NCBI GenBank assembly: GCA_038214755.1
Contig: JBBQRQ010000007.1
Location: 1 to 64,000, forward strand
Length of the DNA stretch: 64,000 nt
Source: Verrucomicrobiota bacterium
GTDB lineage: Bacteria > Verrucomicrobiota > Verrucomicrobiia > Limisphaerales > CANJXF01
Direction: 5' to 3'
In this document: positions 10,073-21,874 of the stretch, in pieces
Position numbering within the stretch: position 1 is the stretch's first letter
How the letters are laid out: every line of letters starts with the position of its first letter
The notes under the pieces: generated by a model
What the model saw: only the letters and a program-made list of their open reading frames with translations
Database searches by the model: none
Told to the model about the DNA's origin: nothing
Made by a program: the position numbers and the translations under genes

Positions 10073-10876
10073 TTATTGATAAACAGATTTCGCTGCTGCC
10101 GTCGGAGCCTGCTTTTGAAAATCGGCCATTCGCTCAGCGAAATATTGCCCCGCGCCAATCACGTCAGCGCCAATGTTGAATGCCTGATATCCTTCCTCTT
10201 CGAGCGCGGCCCTCGAGCCGAACAGTCCCGCCGACATGGCAAACTTTCCATTCGCTTTGGCCGCCGCCGCAACCCGTCTCCGCGCCGCGATGACTTCTGG
10301 ATTTGTAACCTGCCCGGGCTTGCCGATGAGATGACTGAAATCGCCCGGTCCAAAAAGTAAAATATTGAAGCCGGGAACAGCCGCGATTTTCTCGACGTTG
10401 TCCACCGCTTCCGGAGATTCAATTTGAAAAATAAGCACGCGTTCTGTGTTGCTGTGATCGATATAGTCGGCGAGCGGAATCTGGCAGTAAACACCATCGA
10501 CATTTCCACCGTCAATTGCGCGACGTCCCAGCGGATGAAAACGCGTCATCTCGACAATGTGTTTGGCTTCCTCTGCTGTAGTCACATGTGGCACCATGAT
10601 GGCTGTGGCGTCTGCCTCGAAAGGTTTGACGTAATCGCTGTAACTGCCCTTCTCGACCCGGACGATGGTGTCCATGTCATAAAGTTTCGCGGCGCGCACT
10701 TGATTTTCGAGATTGAACCAATCGTTGGCCACATGCTCATTGCAAAGCCAAACTGCCGAAAGTCCTGCCAGCCCGCACAGTTCAACGATGCGCGGATCGG
10801 AGAGGTTCATTTTCATACTGGCTGGACATTTGCCCGCGCGAAGTTCTTTTAAAATACGACTGGAGCGGAGTTTCAT
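10073..10876 (-). CDS. HpcH/HpaI aldolase family protein
   Basis: WLCNEH, IMVPHV, FHPLGRR, QIESPEAV, GPGDFS. Confidence 0.92.
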   Translation of the reverse strand: MKLRSSRILKELRAGKCPASMKMNLSDPRIVELCGLAGLSAVWLCNEHVANDWFNLENQVRAAKLYDMDTIVRVEKGSYSDYVKPFEADATAIMVPHVTTAEEAKHIVEMTRFHPLGRRAIDGGNVDGVYCQIPLADYIDHSNTERVLIFQIESPEAVDNVEKIAAVPGFNILLFGPGDFSHLIGKPGQVTNPEVIAARRRVAAAAKANGKFAMSAGLFGSRAALEEEGYQAFNIGADVIGAGQYFAERMADFQKQAPTAAAKSVYQ

Positions 10877-10878
10877 AA

Positions 10879-11841
10879 TTATTTAGCAGCGATATCGGCG
10901 TAAATTTCTTCGAGCTTCACACTGCGTCCGTTTTGTACCCGGCTGCGAATTCCAGCAATAATAACGGCCATGAGTTCAACTGTTTGTTCAAACGGAAGCG
11001 GTGGCTGCCCGGTTCTCAACATGTCGATGAATGAAATCAATTGCTCACGAAACGCTGTATAGGTATCTCGCAACGTCAAGGTCAATTGTCCTTTTGTTCC
11101 ATAAACATGCACGGTACCAAAGCTGCCGTAGGCGTCGTGAATGGCCGCTATTGTCACTTGAGTTCCGCTCTTATGAGTGAGATGAACAATGTCCGAACCT
11201 TCCTGGTGATTTGTCTGCGCGCTGATGAATCCCGGGCCAAGTCGAGGAGAAATCGCTTCCAGCGCGTGAATGCCGTAACGCTCCCAGGTGTTGCAGGTAA
11301 AACTTGTGATCCAGCACAGATCTCCAGTTTCTTCGCAGCACTCTTTCACCAGTTTCATCTCTGGCATGTAACGCATGCCGCTCGTTGAAAGAATTTTCGC
11401 GCCCGCCTTCTGCCATGCGATGAATTGTTTTAAGTCCGGCAGATTTATGGCCAATGGTTTATCTATAAAGACAGGCAGGCTTGCCTCGACAAAAGGGGCA
11501 ACGCGTCCAACATGATCGTTGCCGTCGTCGGTCGCGATAATTACTGCGTCCACTTTGCCTATCACATCCTCAGGCTTGGAAACCACATTTTCAATTTTGC
11601 TTGCGGCTGCAACTTTTGGCGCATCGCTAGGATTATCGGTCCAGATGTGAGTGACTCGCGCGCCTGGGATTCGAACCATTTCCAGAGGTTGCTTGCCCAG
11701 ATATTGCGCAATGACCGGGTAGGCACATGATGCCATTTTATCCGGATTGTAACCATTGATAATGGCCGACCATGAATAAGGATGACCATTGCCTTCGATC
11801 ATTCCGAGCATCGCAAGCCGAATTTCTTGAGTAGAATTCAT
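10879..11841 (-). CDS. Gfo/Idh/MocA family oxidoreductase
   Basis: VDAVIIATDDG..H, FIDKPLA, YGIHA; ATG at 11841 overlaps the upstream stop (ATGA). Confidence 0.85.
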   Translation of the reverse strand: MNSTQEIRLAMLGMIEGNGHPYSWSAIINGYNPDKMASCAYPVIAQYLGKQPLEMVRIPGARVTHIWTDNPSDAPKVAAASKIENVVSKPEDVIGKVDAVIIATDDGNDHVGRVAPFVEASLPVFIDKPLAINLPDLKQFIAWQKAGAKILSTSGMRYMPEMKLVKECCEETGDLCWITSFTCNTWERYGIHALEAISPRLGPGFISAQTNHQEGSDIVHLTHKSGTQVTIAAIHDAYGSFGTVHVYGTKGQLTLTLRDTYTAFREQLISFIDMLRTGQPPLPFEQTVELMAVIIAGIRSRVQNGRSVKLEEIYADIAAK

Positions 11842-12956
11842 ATTGTCAAAATCCGATCGCGCGCGGTCGTCCTCCACCGTTCTTTGGCTTCGCCGTTCTT
11901 TATCACCACAACTTCGGAATGCAAAGCGACGGTTGGGCACACGTGCCAGGGGACGCCATACAAACATGCGCCGACGGGAAACTCTCCGGCGCGCTCGGTT
12001 TCAACGACCAAATGTTCTTCACTATGGATCACCGCTTTAGCGTCAGGCAGATTCAGGAAGACAACGCGCGGATGAGGATTTTCGGCGGCAACGGCTTTGT
12101 GGCCGAGATCAAGACAGAGACGGTTAGGGCCGGGTTTGCTGACGACGCGCGTTAAGAGAACGGCTGCGTGAAGAAAATCCAAGTCGCGGCAACGCGAACC
12201 ATAGCCTTCGTCCCATAAAACACACGTTCCCGGGCTACACTCAACATCCGGTCGTTGCGCGTGAATTGGAAATGTGGGTGTTCCGCCGGCAACAATTCGG
12301 GAAACAGAAAACCCCGCCTGCGAAAGTTTTTCGCGTAAGGCGGTCACGATGGCAAAACCTGCATCGCATTTTTGAGTTCGAACGGCTGGATCACTGTCGG
12401 CCAGATGTCCGTCATAGGCATGAAGCCCGGTCGGTCTTACTCCAGGTAATGCGTTGAGCAGACGATACAGCGCGATGGCTTTTTCTTCATTGGAAATTCC
12501 GGTCCGATGCATCCCACAATCGATGTCGAGAAAAACATCAATGGTAAGCCCGGCCTCGGTGACTGCGCGCGATAGACTGCGCAACGCTTGCTCATCATCG
12601 ATCAACACCGAGAAATTTATTTTTGGAAATTTTTTGGCGAGTTGAATGAGACGAAGCAGTTTTGGGCCGACCGGTTGGTAAGCCAGTAAAATATCAGAGG
12701 CCCCGCAATCGGCCAGCATTTCAGCTTCGGCAATGGTAGCGCATTTGAATTTTCTGATGCCGAGATTCATTTGCATTCGGACAAGTTCAGAAAGCTTATG
12801 CGTTTTGACGTGAGGACAAAGTCGATTTGGATCGCCGACAAGAGCAATCAGGCGGCGCACATTTTCTTCGACGCGCTCGGGATAAATCAGCAACGCGGGA
12901 GAATCAACCTGGTCCACGTTGGAAACCTCGTACCAGCATTTGTTTGCGTTCGTCAT
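11838..12956 (-). CDS. D-threonine aldolase/D-serine dehydratase-like PLP enzyme (alanine racemase fold)
   Basis: PHVKTHK, CATIAEAE, DCGMHRTG, HAYDGH, SEEH, HVCPT. Confidence 0.93.
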   Translation of the reverse strand: MTNANKCWYEVSNVDQVDSPALLIYPERVEENVRRLIALVGDPNRLCPHVKTHKLSELVRMQMNLGIRKFKCATIAEAEMLADCGASDILLAYQPVGPKLLRLIQLAKKFPKINFSVLIDDEQALRSLSRAVTEAGLTIDVFLDIDCGMHRTGISNEEKAIALYRLLNALPGVRPTGLHAYDGHLADSDPAVRTQKCDAGFAIVTALREKLSQAGFSVSRIVAGGTPTFPIHAQRPDVECSPGTCVLWDEGYGSRCRDLDFLHAAVLLTRVVSKPGPNRLCLDLGHKAVAAENPHPRVVFLNLPDAKAVIHSEEHLVVETERAGEFPVGACLYGVPWHVCPTVALHSEVVVIKNGEAKERWRTTARDRILTI

Positions 12957-13089
12957 TTCACCGTAGCGAGACTATTCGGTTCAACTTGGTTCCCTGGGGT
13001 TCCTTCGCGTCATTGCGGCGTTCCCCAAACGAGATACTCCAGTCTGGATTGTTGTGCTTCTCTCCTTCGTCCCGAACCGATCCACTCGC

Positions 13090-13610
13090 AGGCGCAGTGA
13101 TTGCGTGGGCCAGTATTCGTTCAATTTTGCATTGGCCTTCGGTCACTTCACCGACTTCGCGACTGGCTTCGGGCGTCATTTTATGATAAGTGACGGTCTT
13201 CAGAAACTTTTCCACCCCAACACCACCTGTATAGCGCGCTACGCGACTCGGGGGGGAGAATGTGATTGGTGTCGATTGATTTGTCGCCGTAGGCAACAGT
13301 TGTTTCTTCGCAGATAAATTACGAACCGTAAATAGTCAAATCTTCGACATAATCTTTATCTTCAACATGTAGTTCCCAGTCCTCCACGCGTAGTCATCGC
13401 TTAGTTCGACGGCTTCATCCATAATCAGCAACACGAACCATCCCGTTGTCGCGCCACCCTCGTGCGTTACGCCTCTAATCACGTGCAGCATCTCAACAGG
13501 CTTGGCCGCAGTTTCAATTTATGGTTTTCAAAAACACCCAGTGCGCACCTCCTCCACCTTCACCGATGATCTGCACGCCGCACAAAATGTCTGTCGGCTT
13601 TAGGTCGCTA
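13090..13610 (-). pseudogene. Histidinol-dehydrogenase-family (HisD/HpsN-like) remnant
   Basis: Broken frames give DEAVELSDDYA, YGS*F.CEETTVAYGDKSIDTNHILP and ARYTGG...KFLKTVTY...AHAITA. The 5' part is lost at the IS3 remnant. Confidence 0.75.
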
Positions 13611-13614
13611 ACAC

Positions 13615-14773
13615 CAGAGCAAATTCAGCGAAGCGCAGATTATGGGGATACGCCGAGAGGCCGGTGGTGACACGCCGGTCAAGGTGGTGTGTCCGGCATG
13701 ACGTGAGCGAAGCGACGTTTTACAAGTGGCGCTCCAAGTAAGGCGGGATGGAGGTCAACGAAGCGCGCAGATTGCGTTCTTGGGGGGAGGAGAACGGCTG
13801 GTGGAAGCGGTTGGTGGCGACCAAGCCGTGCAAATCCAGATCCTCAAGGAGGTGAACTCAAAAAAAAATGGTAAGCCCGTACACCGGGTCATCGAAACGG
13901 GATTGGACACGACGGCAGAAGCCTGTCGCGACGTTAGACTGGCCCGATCGAGTTATTACTGCAACAGCACGATGAGCACTGCGAGAATCGAAATTTCCAA
14001 AAAGCAGATCGTACGTTTGAGTCAGGATCATCCGCGTTACAGGTATGGGAGGGTGACGGCGATGCTGCGCCGAGATGGTTAGGAGATCAACGCCAAGCGG
14101 GTGTAGGGAGTCCAAAGAAGGGGAGGATTGCAAGTGAATCGAAGGCAACAAAAGCTGCGCCGATTGGGCCTCTCGACGGCGCGGCAGCGAGCGATGGAGG
14201 CCAATCAGGTTTGGAGCTGGGACTTTGCCGAGAACCAAAATGAAAACGGGACGCGGTTGCGAATGTTGACGTCGATTGATGAATACACGCGAGAATGCCT
14301 GGGGATGCGGGCTGGTCGATCCTGGCAGGGGACGGCATCACGGTGGTGGAGGCGGCAATGGGGCGTTACGGCTTGCCGACGCATCTGCGCATTGACAACT
14401 GGACGGAGTTCATCGCCTATGCGATCAAGGACTGGGTGCGAGACAAGAACGTGAAGACGATTTACATCACACCGGGTGCGCCGTGGGAGAACGCTTACAT
14501 TGAAAGCTTCCACGACAAGCTTTGGGACGAGTATTTGAACCGCAAAATCTTTGGCAGCCTTTTGGAGGCGCGGGTTGTCATCGAGCAGTGGCTCCTTTAT
14601 AATAACGCGGAGTGGCCGCACATCTCGCCGGGATCTCAGAGGCCGAGCGAGTATGCTGGCCGCGCCATCCGCCGTTCGGAACTCCGGTCGGGCTACGCCC
14701 TTCCTCCGTCCCGAACTGTCTAACAAAGTCTCGAACCCATGGCAGAACCATAGATTGTTCTATTGCGAAATCA
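13615..14773 (+). mobile_element. IS3-family (IS407-like) element, degraded
   Basis: orfA SKFSEAQIMGI...SEATFYKWRSK*GGMEV; orfB YRYGRVT, ANQVWSWDF, IDEYTRECL, DNWTEF, PGAPWENAYIESF; several stops and frameshifts. Confidence 0.9.
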
Positions 14774-16288
14774 TTTAGTGAATGAAGGTATGCCAATTCC
14801 CATCGCAGCAATGTCGGCACCGATCCCCGGAGGAAAGTCATTTGTTTTTACATCATGCGCCAGCCATTTGCGAAAATCGAGTTGGCGCACCTGAGACTTG
14901 GAATCTTGTTTTGAGGCGAGTTGGTACGCCGTAAATTTCTGAAGCGGAAAGAATACGTTCTCAAGTCCGATTTGGCCAATATCATAGATATTTTCATCGG
15001 CCAACCAGTTTCCCCCGGACCTGATCTCAACCTCGTAATTGCTTCCCCCGAGGATGAGGGATTTGGTGAGTTTCAGCGATCCCCCTTTTGCCACCACCGT
15101 TGATAAATGGTTCACAGTGATCCTGCTGGCCTCCAGAGAACACCTGTCGCTTACAAGAATCTTGCTGGAACTTTTTTCCGGCATTTGAGAACCATCAAAC
15201 ACAACGTTCTCCATTTGCAGGAGGCAATGATCCCAGCCCTCATGTAAAGCACCGCGTGCCGGATCGGCCAGCCATTTATCGTTGCCGAATTGAGTCATTA
15301 AACTGAGCGGCGCTACATTACCGTGAACCTGGATGTAACTATTCTTCAAAACATGCGTGCCGCCCCCGTAATAATATAGGTCAACTCCATGAATATTTTT
15401 GGTGACCAGATGGTTGATAACGTCGTTTCCGCAGTTGGCTATCCCCGTGGCACAACCGTCAACTTCAAAGCCGTCCACTCTCAATTCGGAGTCGGCATGA
15501 GAGCTCATTCCATCATCGCAGCATTCGATCGCTTTGATATTCTCATACACAATATCACGAATCTTATAATTCCTTTCTGAAGGCGCAGATCCGCTGGTAA
15601 GGCCAAACCCGTCATTAATCACGTGAGTAGCGGTAATGTTTTTGATGACGATGTGACTCACATTACCCCAGATTTCCGTTCCACTGACTCTGGTCGGCAC
15701 ACGAATGTGATAACTCGCCAAGGTTCTCTTTGGATCAATTTTAAGTAAATAGGCATGCTCATTCTCCTCCTGGTATGTCCACTCGCCGATCTGCAGGTCC
15801 GCAATAGATTTATAAGGATCTAAATGGCCTTTGCCTGAACGGCCCATTCGGTTTAGTTTCCCGTTCATGACCAGCGCGAAGCGCATAAGAAACGCTGGGC
15901 TGGAAGAGATTGGTTTGAAATAGAGGATGGTATTGCGATATAGACCTGGACTTATCTCATGCCAATCGCTTTCCACTAAAGGGTCGCTTCCATCGATAAC
16001 TGCTCCATGACCATCCAGGGTAATAGGCTTGCCGGGTTCCCCAGACTTATTTCGAAATTCAACACACTCTTTAGTATAGGTTAATAGCGCTAGATGGATT
16101 GTATCTCCAGGCTTAGCTGTTTTGATTGCGTGAGCAATTGTTTTAAAAGGACCGTTTGTGGCCTTAATCTCTGAGGAAAGTCCATTCGCTGTATCACCGC
16201 CGGTTTCCGGATTGACGTATAAATCAGCAGCGTATCCTTTTGAGAACCACATGCTCAAAATAAGGAGAGGAATAATATATCGACTCAT
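14771..16288 (-). CDS. Secreted right-handed parallel beta-helix protein (pectin-lyase-like fold)
   Basis: Signal peptide; LYVNP..G.D...G....PFKTIAHAI...PGDTI; NDGFG and DDGMSSH repeats. Confidence 0.8.
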   Translation of the reverse strand: MSRYIIPLLILSMWFSKGYAADLYVNPETGGDTANGLSSEIKATNGPFKTIAHAIKTAKPGDTIHLALLTYTKECVEFRNKSGEPGKPITLDGHGAVIDGSDPLVESDWHEISPGLYRNTILYFKPISSSPAFLMRFALVMNGKLNRMGRSGKGHLDPYKSIADLQIGEWTYQEENEHAYLLKIDPKRTLASYHIRVPTRVSGTEIWGNVSHIVIKNITATHVINDGFGLTSGSAPSERNYKIRDIVYENIKAIECCDDGMSSHADSELRVDGFEVDGCATGIANCGNDVINHLVTKNIHGVDLYYYGGGTHVLKNSYIQVHGNVAPLSLMTQFGNDKWLADPARGALHEGWDHCLLQMENVVFDGSQMPEKSSSKILVSDRCSLEASRITVNHLSTVVAKGGSLKLTKSLILGGSNYEVEIRSGGNWLADENIYDIGQIGLENVFFPLQKFTAYQLASKQDSKSQVRQLDFRKWLAHDVKTNDFPPGIGADIAAMGIGIPSFTK

Positions 16289-16291
16289 GCT

Positions 16292-17761
<1,470 letters not shown>

Positions 17762-17770
17762 CCGAAGATG

Positions 17771-20700
17771 TTATTGTTTCGTGACGGTTTCATCGAGGTT
17801 CAAAATCACCTGTGCGACGGCAGTCCAGGCAGCGAGTTTTAGTTCATTGATCTGCTGTGGGCGCTTGGATTCTCCAGCGCTGATCAACTCGACGGCTGAC
17901 GTCAGGTCTTGCTGATAAGTGTTGAGCATTTCCTCGTAAATATCGCTCAGAATTTTTTGTTCCTTGAGCGTGGGCAGACGTGCCAAAGCAACCTTATAGG
18001 CATAGGCAAGATGCGATGGAAGGCTGTCCCCGCCTTCTCGCATGATGCGCTGGGCAAAAACGCGCGCCGCTTCGACAAATGTATCTTCATTCATTGTCAC
18101 AAAGGCCTGCAGCGGCGTGCAAGTTATGCTGCGTTGTTCCGTGGAAACCGTTCGGTCCGGCGCGTCGAACGTTTTGAACATCGGGTAAGGCATCGACCGT
18201 TTCCAGAGTGTGTAGAGGCTGCGGCGGTAAAGATCAACGCCGTGGCTAACTTCGTATTTCTCTACACCTTTATACAATATTTCTTCCCACAAACCTGCCG
18301 GTTGATAAGGCCGTACACTTGGCCCGCCCAATGTACAATCGTAGAGTCCACTGTAAGCCAGCACACCGTCGCGAATCATTTCTGCGGGGAGCCTGAATCG
18401 CGCGCCACGGGCCAGCAGCCGATTAGCCGGATCGCGCGCCAGTAATTCTTTGCGAGTTTTGGAGGACTGACGATAAGTCGCCGACATCACGATTTTCTTT
18501 TGCAGCGCTTTGATGTTCCACCCGCTGTCGATGAACTCGCGCGCCAGCCAATCAAGCAACTCCGGGTGTGAAGGCAACTCACCTTGACTGCCAAAATCAT
18601 TCCCAGTTTTGACCAAGCCTGTTCCGAAATAAAGTGCCCAATAGCGATTGACCGTCACACGCGCCACGAGCGGATTATTCGGATTGACGAGCCAGTTGGC
18701 GAGAGTGAGCCGATTGGTCTTCGAATCAGCCGGCAGCGGCGCTAAAACCCGCGGGACATTAGCAGTAACTTGTTCGCCTTTGTTTCGATAATCGCCGCGA
18801 ATACGAATTCGCGTTGGCCTCCGTTCGGCCATCTCTTGCATCACTCGTACGGTTGGGATACTTGCCTTCAAGTCTTTTTTGGACTTTTTCAATTCCCTGA
18901 GCCGTTGGTTGAACTGTTGGACTTCCGGCAAATGGTTCTCGCGAAAATATTGCTCTACTTCGGCCATCTGTTCAGGCTTTCGTTCAGTGGCGGATAGCTT
19001 CAATATTTTTTTTATTGCCGTGAATTTTTCATCACCAGATTCCCTATCGGTCGAAAAATAGAATCCGTAAGTACCATCGTAATTGATAATTTTAAGAAGC
19101 AATTTGTTTTCGCCTCGCTTCAACTCTACTTCTACTTCGTCCTGGTTCGGTGCGGCCTCACGTCGAATGTCCTTTGCGATGATTGCCTTTCCATTCAGCC
19201 ATCCTTTCAGGGCGTCGCCACTTCCCATGTAAAGCGCCACCGTCTTGGCCGCTTCGACGGTAATAGTCCTATACAAGTAAGTGGCGGCATTCTCGCCCGA
19301 TAAGGTTTGAACCGCGCTATCTTGCCAAGAAGGCTGCGGTACCCATTTTAACTTGCCGTCCTCATAGGTTTTGGCCAGGTCCATCTCTTGTTCCGGAGGA
19401 AATGCTTTGGCATAGGCCTCAGAGCCGGAGGCGGCAGTGAAAGGACCAATAGAGGACCAGTCACTCAACAACACTGGCGGATTTACTTTTTCATTCGCCA
19501 AGACGCGGTGTGCCCACTCAGCTTGAGCCGCAGGCCATGCCGGATCGGTTGCTGCAAGCAAGGCTTTGCGTTGCGCATCAATCTGCGCCAGCTCAGCATC
19601 CACCTTGGCCATGGCAGCACGCTGTTCAGCATTGGGCACTTCGACAAATGGCGGCGCGGGATCAACGTCTAAACCCTCCTCGGGAATCTGGTTAAAGAAA
19701 TCGTAGAGCTGATAATATTCCTTCTGGCTGAATGGATCGTATTTGTGGTCGTGACATTCTGCGCACCCGATGGTTGATCCAAGCCAAACGGTAGAAGTCG
19801 TATTGACGCGATCCGTGACATGCTTGTTCAGATACTCCTCTGGATCCGCGCCACTCTCGGTGGTGCTCATACCGTTTCGGTTGAAAGCGGTGGCGATTCT
19901 CTGATCCAACGTCGTGCCCGGCAACAGGTCGCCAGCAATTTGCTCGACGGTGAATTGATCGAATGGTTTGTTTTGGTTGAATGCGTTAATAACCCAATCG
20001 CGATATTGCCACATGGATCGTGGCGAATCCCTATGGTAACCGTCGGAATCAGCATAACGCGCCAGATCCAGCCACTGTTGCGCCATCCGTTCGCCGTAAT
20101 GCGGTGATGCCAGCAGACGATCGACGGTTTTTTCGTAAGCCTGCGAACTCTTGTCACGCAGAAATGCGTCCACTTCGGACACCGTGGGCGGCAAACCAGT
20201 CAGGTCAAAAGAGAGCCGCCGAAGCAGCGGGCTTCTGTCCGCTTCCTGCGATGGACTGATCTCTTCTTTCTCCAAGCGAGCCAGTATCAAATAATCGATT
20301 TCGTTGCGCGGCCACTTCTTATTTTTTACCTCAGGCAGAGGCGGTCGCTCTGGTGGAATGTACGCCCAATGCCGCTTCCAAGCCGCGCCTTGCTCGATCC
20401 ACCGGCGCAGCAAGTCAATCTGGGTTTTGGTCAGGCGTTTGCCGGTCTTCTTCGGCGGCATCCGGTCGTCCTCGTCGTCGGACGCAACCAGCTCGAGCAA
20501 TTTGCTTTTCTCCGTATCGCCGCGGACAATGGCGAAGTCCCCGGATTCCAGTTTACTGAAAGTTTCTTCCTCACGGTCCAGACGCAGACCGGCCTTGCGT
20601 TTGTTCTTGTCTGGACCGTGACAAGCGTAACAGTTTTCGGAAAAGATCGGACGGAGATCACGGTTGAAGTCAATCGGCGGTTTGGTATTTGCCTGGACCC

Positions 20701-20797
20701 GGAGTTCTTTCGCCTGTGCTATGAACGAAAAGGTCAAGCAGGTGACTGCCAATCCAAGCCGAAGGAATTCAACGAAGCATTTGAAGCTATGAAACAT
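17771..20797 (-). CDS. PSD1/planctomycete cytochrome c protein (DUF1549/DUF1553) with inserted beta-sandwich domain
   Basis: CYACH, CAECHDHKYDP, WLDLARYADSDG, PSHPELLDWLA, LNLDETVTK. Confidence 0.95.
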   Translation of the reverse strand: MFHSFKCFVEFLRLGLAVTCLTFSFIAQAKELRVQANTKPPIDFNRDLRPIFSENCYACHGPDKNKRKAGLRLDREEETFSKLESGDFAIVRGDTEKSKLLELVASDDEDDRMPPKKTGKRLTKTQIDLLRRWIEQGAAWKRHWAYIPPERPPLPEVKNKKWPRNEIDYLILARLEKEEISPSQEADRSPLLRRLSFDLTGLPPTVSEVDAFLRDKSSQAYEKTVDRLLASPHYGERMAQQWLDLARYADSDGYHRDSPRSMWQYRDWVINAFNQNKPFDQFTVEQIAGDLLPGTTLDQRIATAFNRNGMSTTESGADPEEYLNKHVTDRVNTTSTVWLGSTIGCAECHDHKYDPFSQKEYYQLYDFFNQIPEEGLDVDPAPPFVEVPNAEQRAAMAKVDAELAQIDAQRKALLAATDPAWPAAQAEWAHRVLANEKVNPPVLLSDWSSIGPFTAASGSEAYAKAFPPEQEMDLAKTYEDGKLKWVPQPSWQDSAVQTLSGENAATYLYRTITVEAAKTVALYMGSGDALKGWLNGKAIIAKDIRREAAPNQDEVEVELKRGENKLLLKIINYDGTYGFYFSTDRESGDEKFTAIKKILKLSATERKPEQMAEVEQYFRENHLPEVQQFNQRLRELKKSKKDLKASIPTVRVMQEMAERRPTRIRIRGDYRNKGEQVTANVPRVLAPLPADSKTNRLTLANWLVNPNNPLVARVTVNRYWALYFGTGLVKTGNDFGSQGELPSHPELLDWLAREFIDSGWNIKALQKKIVMSATYRQSSKTRKELLARDPANRLLARGARFRLPAEMIRDGVLAYSGLYDCTLGGPSVRPYQPAGLWEEILYKGVEKYEVSHGVDLYRRSLYTLWKRSMPYPMFKTFDAPDRTVSTEQRSITCTPLQAFVTMNEDTFVEAARVFAQRIMREGGDSLPSHLAYAYKVALARLPTLKEQKILSDIYEEMLNTYQQDLTSAVELISAGESKRPQQINELKLAAWTAVAQVILNLDETVTKQ

Positions 20798-20857
20798 GTT
20801 CGTCCATTTACTTTTCTGCTCAGGTACCGATGAGATAGCTTCAAGGCAACCACCCCG

Positions 20858-21874
20858 TTAGCAGGCCGTCAACTGTTGACGAGTAAGCTCATTCAGTAAC
20901 GGCTTACCCTGCAAGAATCGATTTAGGTTTTGGCTGAAGATGTCCCAGACACGAGGCAGGAAACACGGGCTTAAGCTGGACCCTGAGATATGCGGGGTCA
21001 TTATAACATTGGGCAATCGCCAGAGCGGATGATCTGGCGGCATTGGATATTGGAAATGAGTATCCAACGCTGCACCCGCAATCCATCCTTCTTTGATTGC
21101 CTGAAGCAAAGCTTGTTCTTGAATCAGAGGACCTCGTGCGGGGTTCAGCAAGAAAGCTTTGGAAGGTAAGGCCCTTAATTCCGGTTCACCTACCATGCCA
21201 CGAGTGGTCGAATCGAGAGGAACGGCTAACACGAGAAAATCCAAGCCGCTAAGGAATTCTTTCTTTTGGTCCATGGTATAGTTGGCATCTGGCAGCGTAC
21301 CTTCTGGATCACCAGACCCCGGAACGCGGTAACTGTCAGACCTTGATTTTACTCCCCGTCGAGTCAACACATGTATCTTGAGGTTCAGCGCCTCCTTGCA
21401 AATGCGCGCCGTTTCGCGAGCTAAACCACCGTAACCCCAAAAGCCAACTGTCATTCCACTAATCTCGCGCTGGAATCGCGCGTCGCGATCCCAAATCCCG
21501 CCCTCCTGATTGCGAATCATGGCACGAAGGTCGCGCGCCAAATTGATCATCATGGACACGCACCATTCAGATATAGGTATATCAAATACCCCTTGTGCAT
21601 TCGTTGCTCGAACATTCCGCGCGGGAAGACCAAGGTCCAGCAATTGTTCAAACCCCGACGAACATACTTGAATCCACTCGAGCGCAATCAAGTCATTGAA
21701 ATTCGTTGGCGGTACGGAACAAAAGAGAATGTTCGTCTCGCGCAAGATATGTGCTGGCAAAGGGCGAGGTTCATCTGTAATCGGATCAGCCACGACTACC
21801 CGGACGCCATTAATAGTTTGCAACCGATCCACCACGGGTGGGTGCAAGGGAACATCAATCAGGATTTGTTTCAT
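20858..21874 (-). CDS. D-2-hydroxyacid dehydrogenase
   Basis: GFWGYGGLA, NPARG, GAALD, TPHISG. Confidence 0.93.
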   Translation of the reverse strand: MKQILIDVPLHPPVVDRLQTINGVRVVVADPITDEPRPLPAHILRETNILFCSVPPTNFNDLIALEWIQVCSSGFEQLLDLGLPARNVRATNAQGVFDIPISEWCVSMMINLARDLRAMIRNQEGGIWDRDARFQREISGMTVGFWGYGGLARETARICKEALNLKIHVLTRRGVKSRSDSYRVPGSGDPEGTLPDANYTMDQKKEFLSGLDFLVLAVPLDSTTRGMVGEPELRALPSKAFLLNPARGPLIQEQALLQAIKEGWIAGAALDTHFQYPMPPDHPLWRLPNVIMTPHISGSSLSPCFLPRVWDIFSQNLNRFLQGKPLLNELTRQQLTAC

